Made by a program: the position numbers and the translations under genes
The notes under the pieces: generated by a model
What the model saw: the letters and a program-made list of their open reading frames with translations, nothing else
What the model was told of the DNA's origin: nothing
Databases searched by the model: none
Origin: a virus
IMG/VR virus record: IMGVR_UViG_3300045424_000027
Location: 1-16,638 of that record
Direction: 5' to 3' (one strand)
Length of the DNA stretch: 16,638 nucleotides
Shown here: piece after piece, positions 8,363 through 14,946 of the stretch
Layout: every line of letters starts with the position of its first letter
Position numbering within the stretch: the first letter of the stretch is position 1

Positions 8363-8567
8363 GATGCTCCTTTGCGAGAATTGTATAGATATCATCAATA
8401 CGACTCTCTAATCTTGTGATTTGGTCTTTCATGCTGGACCCAGAATTTGGCTTTAGTTCAGATAGGAATTTAGAAATCATCCATTTAGAGAAGCCAAAAA
8501 AGGCTCCAAGGATGCTTACTACTCCAACAAAAACGGCAGAGATAGTTTCAGGGTTTAAAGTCAACAT
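8355..8567 (-). CDS. Small single-pass membrane protein, holin-like candidate (70 aa)
   Basis: It has a clear transmembrane helix (ISAVFVGVVSILGAFFGF) and then an amphipathic charged tail (KPNSGSSMKDQITRLESRIDDIY). From memory, the tail resembles small membrane proteins found near lysis genes of actinobacteriophages; this is unverified. Confidence 0.6.
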   Translation of the reverse strand: MLTLNPETISAVFVGVVSILGAFFGFSKWMISKFLSELKPNSGSSMKDQITRLESRIDDIYTILAKEHHG

Positions 8568-8611
8568 ACATCAAGTATACAATAGAAGTAGATTAACCTT
8601 TGGAGGAATCA

Positions 8612-8947
8612 ATGGAGACCCTTAATTTAATACCACCATCAGTAGAGTGGCAAACTTACCGTAACGACACTACAGAAATGACAGTACTTCTGGTAGATGA
8701 GAATGATGCTGCACTTGACCTAACAGACTGGACTTTTACAGGCAAAGTTAGAGAATATCCATCAGATGCAACAGTAATAGAAACCCTTACCATTACAAAG
8801 ACTGAAAATGCATTGACAATTGTGCTTGATAACTCACTACTTCCATTGACAAGTTATTTTGATATTGAAGGAATTAATTCAGATACTGCAAAGGTTTCCA
8901 CAGTACTTAGAGGAAGAATAGCAGTAGAAGAGGATGTGACACGATGA
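8612..8947 (+). CDS. Small beta-rich virion-associated protein preceding the fibre gene (111 aa from ATG 8612)
   Basis: The track start at 8600 is TTG. ATG 8612 lies 5 nt after GGAGG (8602..8606). The 3' end has an ATGA overlap with the fibre gene. Function is unknown. Confidence 0.6.
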   Translation: METLNLIPPSVEWQTYRNDTTEMTVLLVDENDAALDLTDWTFTGKVREYPSDATVIETLTITKTENALTIVLDNSLLPLTSYFDIEGINSDTAKVSTVLRGRIAVEEDVTR

Positions 8948-11100
8948 CTTTGGGTTATGTAAAAGTAACATCTGAATCACCATTGCTTAATGGAGAAGTT
9001 GAAGTATTATCTCCATCACAAATTAAAGTTCTTGCATCAGGAATAGCAATTGCTGCTGGCCCACAAGGTCCACAAGGGCCTGCTGGTACTACTGGCGCAA
9101 CTGGAGCAACTGGTGCTACTGGAGCAACTGGCGCACAAGGAATTCAAGGCATACAAGGCATTCAGGGATTACAAGGCATTCAGGGATTACAAGGCATACA
9201 AGGCATACAAGGCGATATTGGAAACACTGGTGCTACAGGAAGTCAAGGCATCCAAGGAATCCAAGGAATCCAAGGAATTAAAGGCGATACTGGAAATACA
9301 GGTGCTACTGGGGCTGCTGGTACTAACGGAACTAACGGAACTAACGGTACTGATGGAGACCATTACCATACAACATCTTCTACATCATTTGCATTAGGTA
9401 CATCTGGTTCACAAACAATTGTTCTTGATGATATTAATGTTGATTATTCAGTTGGTCAAACAGTTCTTGTTGCTTATGACATTGACCATCATCAACATGG
9501 AACAGTTTCTAATTACAACCCTGCAAATGGCGAATTAACATTTGTTAAAGATAATAAAACAGGTTCAGGAACATTTGCATCATGGACAGTTAACTTAAAT
9601 GGTGCTGTTGGTATTCAAGGAGAGCAAGGAATTCAAGGAATTCAAGGAGTGGCAGGAACAGATGCATTGTGGAATTTTACAGGTGCATACAGTGGTGGTG
9701 CAGCATATGCAGTTGGAGATATAGCAACTTATCAAGGGCAGACTTGGTATCGCATTGATGCACACGGTGGAAATGTTGGAGATACTCCAGCAGAAGGACT
9801 TTACTGGACATTAATTGCAGCAGAAGGAGACCAAGGAATCCAAGGAGTTCAAGGAGACCAAGGAATTCAAGGAATCCAAGGAATTCAAGGAGACCAAGGA
9901 ATCCAAGGCATTCAAGGAGACCAAGGAATTCAGGGCGACCAAGGAATTCAAGGAATACAAGGAATTGCAGGACCAGAATTAACTGGTGGACCAATCCGTT
10001 CATCTGCGGGTATATCAAGTATTGATTCACAAACAGGTACAGGTGATACATTTGTAATGAGCACTGGTACTCCAACAATTACAGGTGGCATGATTGTTGA
10101 CGGTATTGCAATTAACAATGGAACTGGTAGTGGAAGTAATAACATTGCTATTGGTAGTACTGCACTTACTGCTGCTACAACTGGTTATAGTAATGTTGCT
10201 ATTGGTCAAAATGCTCTTACTTTAATAACAAGTGGACAATCAAATATTGCTATTGGACAAGACACAATGCCATTTGCAACTACTGCTACTGGTAATAATG
10301 CTGTTGGTGTTGCTTCATTGATTAGCAATCTAACTGGCAATGGTAATACTGCTAATGGCCAAGCAACAATGTATTCAAATAGAAGTGGTGGTCAAAATAC
10401 TGTAATGGGTTCTCAGGCCTTTAGGTCTAGCATTGTAAGCACTGGTAATACAGCAATTGGTAGAGAAGCACTTAGAGATAGCACATCTGTTGTTGCATCA
10501 TTTGGAACAATAACAGCAGGTAGCGGATACACAGACGGAACATATTCTGCAGTAAGTTTATTACCTAATAATGATTTATGGTGGACATTACCAACAGCAG
10601 ACATAACAGTTGCAAGTGGTATTGTTACAGTTTGTGATTTAGTTGATGCTGGACTTGGAATATTAAATGGTGCAACACTTACTATAGATACTGATTCAGC
10701 CCCCGCAGGATTATTAGCAGGAGCAGGATTTAGCATTCCAATTGCATCTGTAACAACAGGTATTACAAATACTGCACTTGGTTGGCGAGCAGGTATGAAT
10801 AATAAAACTGGTTCTCGTAACTTATTCCTTGGATATTCTGCAGGTATAAATGAAACAACAGATGATAATTTATATATCTCTAATACAAATACAGCAACAC
10901 CATTAATATATGGAAAGTTTGATTCAAGTGGTTCAGATGGTGGAAGAATTAAGATTAATGGCAATCTTGAGATTAAGACCAAGACACCAGCCACAGCAGG
11001 AGCAGATGGAGTAGTTGGAGAAATCGCATGGGATGCAGACTATATCTATATCTGTACTGCTACTAATACTTGGAAAAGGTCAGCCATAGCAGGCTGGTAA
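8944..11100 (+). CDS. Collagen-like tail fibre / receptor-binding protein (718 aa)
   Basis: There are three Gly-X-Y tracts (aa 39-138, 220-240, 295-345). A CBM5/12-like W...Y..GD...Y.G..Y.....P.....W segment spans aa 242-292. N.AIG-type repeats occur at aa 396-515. The C-terminus has NLYISNTNTATPLIYGKF and GEIAWDADYIYICTATNTWKR motifs, which are common in phage fibres. Confidence 0.85.
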   Translation: MTLGYVKVTSESPLLNGEVEVLSPSQIKVLASGIAIAAGPQGPQGPAGTTGATGATGATGATGAQGIQGIQGIQGLQGIQGLQGIQGIQGDIGNTGATGSQGIQGIQGIQGIKGDTGNTGATGAAGTNGTNGTNGTDGDHYHTTSSTSFALGTSGSQTIVLDDINVDYSVGQTVLVAYDIDHHQHGTVSNYNPANGELTFVKDNKTGSGTFASWTVNLNGAVGIQGEQGIQGIQGVAGTDALWNFTGAYSGGAAYAVGDIATYQGQTWYRIDAHGGNVGDTPAEGLYWTLIAAEGDQGIQGVQGDQGIQGIQGIQGDQGIQGIQGDQGIQGDQGIQGIQGIAGPELTGGPIRSSAGISSIDSQTGTGDTFVMSTGTPTITGGMIVDGIAINNGTGSGSNNIAIGSTALTAATTGYSNVAIGQNALTLITSGQSNIAIGQDTMPFATTATGNNAVGVASLISNLTGNGNTANGQATMYSNRSGGQNTVMGSQAFRSSIVSTGNTAIGREALRDSTSVVASFGTITAGSGYTDGTYSAVSLLPNNDLWWTLPTADITVASGIVTVCDLVDAGLGILNGATLTIDTDSAPAGLLAGAGFSIPIASVTTGITNTALGWRAGMNNKTGSRNLFLGYSAGINETTDDNLYISNTNTATPLIYGKFDSSGSDGGRIKINGNLEIKTKTPATAGADGVVGEIAWDADYIYICTATNTWKRSAIAGW
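9058..9357 (+). repeat. Tandem 9-bp (Gly-X-Y x3) coding repeats, collagen tract 1
   Basis: Runs include caaggcata/caaggcatt/cagggatta units (GIQ/GLQ), ggagcaact units (GAT) and actaacgga x3 (TNG). Confidence 0.9.
9826..9978 (+). repeat. Tandem 9/18-bp coding repeats, collagen tract 3 (GDQGIQ units)
   Basis: Repeated ggagaccaaggaattcaa / ggaatccaa units encode 17 Gly-X-Y triplets. Confidence 0.9.
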
Positions 11101-11248
11101 TGCCCTTTTAAAGCCTTCCAAGGCCCTTTTAAGCCACTTTTAGCCCATTTGTGACCTGCATCACACAGTCAGGCTCAATTAGCCTCCTTGCAAGATGCCC
11201 AGTTAGGTGATACAATTAGGATATCTATATGTCACCTCATATTGATAC

Positions 11249-11290
11249 GAGGCCTTCCAGTGGTTAAATCTCTTTCTTCTGGAGGGCCTC
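11249..11290 (+). terminator. 12-bp stem hairpin / inverted repeat downstream of the fibre gene (terminator or operator)
   Basis: GAGGCCTTCCAG (11249..11260) pairs with CTGGAGGGCCTC (11279..11290), with one G-U wobble and an 18-nt loop. There is no clear U-tract. It ends 6 nt before the -35 of the promoter candidate. Confidence 0.4.
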
Positions 11291-11296
11291 AACCCT

Positions 11297-11325
11297 TTGC
11301 AAAACATTTAAAACTCTGCTATACT
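11297..11325 (+). promoter_or_regulatory. Sigma-70-type promoter candidate for the 11469..12729 operon
   Basis: TTGCAA (11297..11302), an exact 17-nt spacer, then TATACT (11320..11325). It lies in non-coding DNA upstream of the operon. Confidence 0.55.
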
Positions 11326-11468
11326 TAGTAAAGGTTGTGGGGGCTTTCACTGGAAGATATTCTTTTAGTAGGCACTTATTCTCAGATATTAATTTAATAT
11401 TTGGGGGTAGGGGGGCTTGCCTAAAAGATACACTCTACTACAAAAACAAACAGAAAAGAGATAAAGAA

Positions 11469-11924
11469 ATGCCAACTAATAAAGATATTGCAATAGCACA
11501 TGGAATAACAAGTAAAAGAATTATTGCTACATTTCATAAGCACACTAAAGTTCAAGAAGATGGCTGTATTGTTTGGATTAAGAAAATTGCATTAAATGGT
11601 TATGGCACAATGAATATCAGCATTGTTGGCAATTCAGGCAAAAAAACAATTACGCCTGTTTATGTACACCGTTTTGCATGGGCATTAAAGTTTGGCATGG
11701 ATACATTACCAATTGGTATAGGTGGAACTGTCAAAGGGGATAGATTAGTACTAAATCATCTTTGCCATAATGCTTCATGTGTAAATACAAATCATATGGA
11801 AGTTATTCTACAAAGCCTAAATGCCAGTACAGAAAAGAAAAAGCCAAGAAAGCCAAACGATGTAATTATGGCTGATAACTTGGAAGACTTTATGGCTCAG
11901 ATAGTGAACACAGTCCATGAGTGA
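11469..11924 (+). CDS. HNH_3-type nuclease-like protein (151 aa from ATG 11469)
   Basis: The motifs are CIVWIKKIALNGYGTM ... YVHRFAWALKFG ... VLNHLCHNASCVNTNHMEV. They fit the C..W..GYG / HR.a / H.C.N..C.NP.H pattern. The track start at 11337 is a GTG without a usable SD, so ATG 11469 is preferred. The start remains uncertain. Confidence 0.6.
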   Translation: MPTNKDIAIAHGITSKRIIATFHKHTKVQEDGCIVWIKKIALNGYGTMNISIVGNSGKKTITPVYVHRFAWALKFGMDTLPIGIGGTVKGDRLVLNHLCHNASCVNTNHMEVILQSLNASTEKKKPRKPNDVIMADNLEDFMAQIVNTVHE

Positions 11925-12147
11925 GAAAAAACGGGGAAGGCCAAAGAAAGAAGTAGCAGAGATATGGGAAAGAAAGTACTATAGATTAAGTGATGCAAGA
12001 GATAACCAAGCAATACGAAAGGTCTTAGAAGAGCGTATGTTTAAAGGCTTTGAACAGGTACATATTATGGCCTTTGATAGACCATTAGGCTGGTTTGAGA
12101 TTAACCCTGTTAAGAAGAGGATTAGTGATATACTTGATTCTCTATGA
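11917..12147 (+). CDS. AT-hook DNA-binding protein (76 aa)
   Basis: The N-terminus MSEKKRGRPKKE carries a textbook AT-hook core (RGRP flanked by Lys). The gene overlaps its upstream neighbour by 8 nt and has an ATGA overlap downstream. Confidence 0.6.
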   Translation: MSEKKRGRPKKEVAEIWERKYYRLSDARDNQAIRKVLEERMFKGFEQVHIMAFDRPLGWFEINPVKKRISDILDSL

Positions 12148-12497
12148 GTTCACACCCAAAGTATGGTTTCTCCAATACGCCATTCTATTACCTTGGCAAG
12201 TACAAGAGTACCCAAAGACCAAGGGTATGCGTAAAATGTGGACAATCAGCCTATTATTACCATCATGATTGGGATTGGGTTTGTGCAAGTCATTTGTTAG
12301 ATTTAGTCAACATAGGCCAATTAGCATTTAGTTGGTCAGATTACGAGGAAGTATGGCAAAGAACGGAGAGACTCCTCCAAAGGGCAGTACCATTGTCTAC
12401 TGGTGTGAAGAACATGGTATATCCATATGGGAAGCCTGTTGTAGAGGACGAGGACCAATGGGATACTATCAAGAGCCTGATGGAGAATGATGGGTAG
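12144..12497 (+). CDS. Hypothetical protein with a Cys/His cluster (117 aa)
   Basis: It is translationally coupled on both sides. CVKCG...HH...C.SH suggests a small metal-binding element. No family was recognised. Confidence 0.55.
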   Translation: MSSHPKYGFSNTPFYYLGKYKSTQRPRVCVKCGQSAYYYHHDWDWVCASHLLDLVNIGQLAFSWSDYEEVWQRTERLLQRAVPLSTGVKNMVYPYGKPVVEDEDQWDTIKSLMENDG

Positions 12498-12729
12498 TCC
12501 ATATGCAACGGCTGAGTATAAGCGTAATAGGAAGATAGTATTAGAGGCCTCACAATGGACATGTCATTACTGCAATGCTCCAGCCAATACTGCAGACCAC
12601 ATTATTCCCGTTAGCAAAAACGGTACCAATGAAGTAAGCAACTTATTACCAGCATGTACTAAGTGTAATAGCAGTAGACAAGATAAGATATTAATACGAT
12701 TGAGATACTTCAATAAGCGTTATGTCTGA
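12487..12729 (+). CDS. HNH endonuclease, terminase-associated type (80 aa)
   Basis: CHYCNAPANTADHIIPVSKNGTNEVSNLLPACTKCNSSRQDK is the classical C..C...H...N...N..C..CN HNH signature. It is the last gene before the non-coding region that precedes the terminase genes. Confidence 0.85.
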   Translation: MMGSPYATAEYKRNRKIVLEASQWTCHYCNAPANTADHIIPVSKNGTNEVSNLLPACTKCNSSRQDKILIRLRYFNKRYV

Positions 12730-12776
12730 CATCTGGCTATCTGGTTTGGATAAGCGTAAGATGAAGGTTTGGATAT

Positions 12777-12803
12777 AGTATATACTGCGGCCCTTCAAGG
12801 GCC
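12777..12803. other. Adjacent perfect palindromes (candidate cos cleavage / recognition core)
   Basis: AGTATATACT (12777..12786) is a 10-bp palindrome. GGCCCTT-C-AAGGGCC (12789..12803) is a 7+7 inverted repeat and is GC-rich in an AT-rich genome. Confidence 0.35.
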
Positions 12804-13014
12804 TTCTCATATAATGAGACAGTTCATCCCACATAATGGACAAACCCTAAAGCGAGCATATGCCCATATCCAACTATAAGGTTTGTTAACAAGATAGTTA
12901 AGCATCTGTGCGAGGGGATGAAGAAAGATACCAACTATCCATGGTAGTAGTATAATAGATAGATAAGAAACCTTTCATTTGACATATGAGGATATGCCTG
13001 ATATGTGGATATGG

Positions 13015-13089
13015 GGTTTGATATAGAAAGGTTTTGGCTATGTGGTTTGATATCTGGTTTGATATCTGGTTTGATATTAGGTTTGATAT
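13015..13089 (+). repeat. Phased direct-repeat array of GGTTTGATAT (candidate terminase small-subunit binding sites / cosB-like)
   Basis: Exact copies start at 13015, 13044, 13056, 13068 and 13080; the last four are spaced exactly 12 bp apart. Degenerate copies (GGTTTGGATA[T]) lie at 12743..12752 and 12766..12776. Extra GATATG half-sites lie at about 12991, 13000 and 13008. The array is followed by GGGTGGG and a T7 run. Confidence 0.6.
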
Positions 13090-13124
13090 GGTAGGGTGGG
13101 TTTTTTTATTTTAAATCAATTCAC

Positions 13125-13135
13125 TGCTATATAGT
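13125..13135 (+). promoter_or_regulatory. Weak extended -10-like element upstream of the terminase operon
   Basis: TGCTATATAGT follows an A/T-rich tract (13101..13120), but no good -35 is present. This is offered only as a candidate. Confidence 0.2.
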
Positions 13136-13177
13136 ATGACCTAAAACCAGAAATATGAAATAGTAAAAAGGAGCAAT

Positions 13178-13495
13178 ATGACAGTAACAGGAATGCCTCA
13201 AGGTAGAAGAGGCTTTAGAGAAACCTCAGCAGTAAACGAACCACTTAATCTGGATATGACCTTAGCAGACAGTGTGAGATTATCCATATCTAAGGCTACA
13301 TGGCTATCTGTAGAAGACTTAGGAGCAGCCAAGCAAGCAGTCTTATTGGCAGAGACTATTGATTCAAATCCAGATAAGCGACATCAATCAGCACCAATCC
13401 TTATAGCCCTATTAGGAAACCTTGGTCTTCTAAATAATCGCAAGAGTACAGAGATGTCTCCTGCTGAAATGTTGCAGGCTATTGCCAACGGTTAA
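13178..13495 (+). CDS. Putative terminase small subunit (105 aa)
   Basis: It lies immediately upstream of, and overlapping, the large terminase gene, with AAAGGAG upstream. The C-terminal LIALLGNLGLL motif resembles small-terminase tails. The call is mainly positional. Confidence 0.55.
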   Translation: MTVTGMPQGRRGFRETSAVNEPLNLDMTLADSVRLSISKATWLSVEDLGAAKQAVLLAETIDSNPDKRHQSAPILIALLGNLGLLNNRKSTEMSPAEMLQAIANG

Positions 13496-14936
13496 CATTC
13501 CAGTAGACTGGAAGCCCACCTATTGGACTGAACCTCTTAGCGAGGACTTTACTACAGATGGTAATAAGGTTATTAATATATCGCAGACTCTTTGGAGACT
13601 CCCTGAAAAAAATGACGAGATATTAACATTAACTGATTGGCAGAAGTGGTTAATTAGACATGTCTTAGAGCGTTATCCAGATGACTATTACGACCCTTCT
13701 AAGGCTGGTAGGCTGAGGTATAAACAGGTAGTAATATCTATGCCAAGAAAGAACGGAAAGTCACTTCTGGGTGCGTTATTTGCCCTATATGGGATGCTCC
13801 TACATGAGCCTGCCCCTGAAGTTATATCCGTTGCAGCAAGTGCAGACCAAGCAAAGATTGTGTATCGCAGGCTAAAACATCAAGTAGATTCATCTGATTT
13901 ACTTGCACATTTCTTTAGTAAGTCTACAGAACATAGAGGACTATGGACTAAAGACGGTACAGGTATGTATAAGGTTATAGGTAGTAATGTTGCAACAGCA
14001 CAAGGTCTACATCCATCAATGGTCATATTTGACGAACTTCATGTTGCCAAAGAAGATGTGTGGACTGCAATGAGTCTTGGTAGTGCAACTCGCACTGACG
14101 GACTTACCATTGGTATAACAACTGCAGGTGATGACACTTCAAACCTTCTAAAACATTTGTATGAAAGAGGAATGGCAGCCATTAATGGACAAGAAGATTT
14201 AGAAAGATTTGGTTTCTTCTGTTGGGAAGCACCCAAGGGATGTGCAATAGATGATGAAGATGCAGTGCGTAGTGCTAACCCTCAACTTGCATCTGGAATC
14301 CTAAATTGGGAATCTGTAAAAAATGAATTAGCAACAATGCCTGAACCTGATGCAAGACGATACCGTTTAAACCAGTTTGTCTCATCTATGAACGCTTGGA
14401 TACAAGTAGGTGCATGGTCACAATGTCCTGATGGACGACCAACTAACCCTGAAGTCTTTGCTATTGAGCGTACTTCTGGATGGGAATATGTCAGCATTGT
14501 TACTGCAGAAATGCAGGCAGATGGAAAAATAGCAACAGAGTTAGTAGCATCACTAAACAATACTAACATTGATGAAGTAATTAATGTCTGTATGGGCTTA
14601 GCCAAATACGGTAAGCCATTTATCATGGATGGAAATGTATTAGATGATTTAGGTGCTGCCCTAAAACAAAAGGGATTCAGAGTACAAATGACTTCAAATA
14701 AAGACTTAATATCAGCATCAAACAACACATATAGTAGAATAATGAAGAGAGAGATTATCCATCCAAGAGATGAGATAGTTACCCTACAAATGCAAAGAGC
14801 AGTACGCAAAAATAGTGGCGAATCATGGCGAATTGCCCGTAAAGATAGTGGCACTGATATTGATGCAGCAGTAGGAACAGTATTGGCCGTTTGGTTTGTG
14901 GAGACACAAATAAAACCACAACAGATGGTTCATTGA
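13482..14936 (+). CDS. Terminase large subunit (484 aa, TTG start)
   Basis: It has a Walker A-like motif (MPRKNGKSLLGA), a Walker B-like motif (MVIFDELH) and a C-terminal nuclease-size domain. TTG 13482 is the first canonical start after the in-frame stop at 13431..13433. Confidence 0.85.
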   Translation: MPTVNIPVDWKPTYWTEPLSEDFTTDGNKVINISQTLWRLPEKNDEILTLTDWQKWLIRHVLERYPDDYYDPSKAGRLRYKQVVISMPRKNGKSLLGALFALYGMLLHEPAPEVISVAASADQAKIVYRRLKHQVDSSDLLAHFFSKSTEHRGLWTKDGTGMYKVIGSNVATAQGLHPSMVIFDELHVAKEDVWTAMSLGSATRTDGLTIGITTAGDDTSNLLKHLYERGMAAINGQEDLERFGFFCWEAPKGCAIDDEDAVRSANPQLASGILNWESVKNELATMPEPDARRYRLNQFVSSMNAWIQVGAWSQCPDGRPTNPEVFAIERTSGWEYVSIVTAEMQADGKIATELVASLNNTNIDEVINVCMGLAKYGKPFIMDGNVLDDLGAALKQKGFRVQMTSNKDLISASNNTYSRIMKREIIHPRDEIVTLQMQRAVRKNSGESWRIARKDSGTDIDAAVGTVLAVWFVETQIKPQQMVH

Positions 14937-14946
14937 GGAGAAGTAA

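Noticed and set aside
8416-8625. 69-aa + strand ORF (GTG start) overlapping the minus-strand membrane-protein gene
   Set aside because: It has no SD and no recognisable features. The opposite-strand ORF has a clean transmembrane helix, translational coupling to the next gene and a downstream terminator.
9050-9397. 115-aa + strand ORF, plus the minus-strand ORFs 9187..9369, 9677..10078, 9948..10145 and 10027..10209
   Set aside because: All are alternative-frame or antisense readings of the collagen-like 9-bp tandem repeats and of the Gly/Thr/Asn-rich fibre gene. Their periodic low-complexity translations (KAYKAFRDY..., LEFLGFLG...) are repeat artefacts.
10413-10994. 193-aa minus-strand ORF inside the fibre gene
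   Set aside because: It is antisense to a region with conserved fibre motifs. It has no SD, and the gene around it is continuous and well supported.
11337-11468. GTG 11337 as the start of the HNH_3-like gene (the 195-aa version in the track)
   Set aside because: The GTG sits 2 nt after AAGG, which is too close for an SD. The extra 44 aa read through the G-tract leader (GGRGACL) and look non-protein-like. The conserved nuclease core begins shortly after ATG 11469. The start is still uncertain.
11101-11468. tRNA or integrase-attachment (attP) site in the intergenic regions (also 12730..13177)
   Set aside because: By eye there is no cloverleaf-compatible sequence and no GGTTCGAATCC-like T-arm. 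No integrase gene exists anywhere in the circle, so an attP interpretation has no support.
13015-13089. The GGTTTGATAT array as a CRISPR array
   Set aside because: The units are 10 bp with only 2-bp gaps, so there are no spacers. The repeats lack CRISPR-like length or structure, and there are no cas genes. It is a protein-binding-type iteron array.
14282-14854. 190-aa minus-strand ORF, plus 14039..14236 inside the terminase gene, and 15131..15313, 15909..16103 and 16000..16188 in or near the portal gene
   Set aside because: They are antisense to genes with clear terminase (Walker A/B) and portal signatures. None has independent support.
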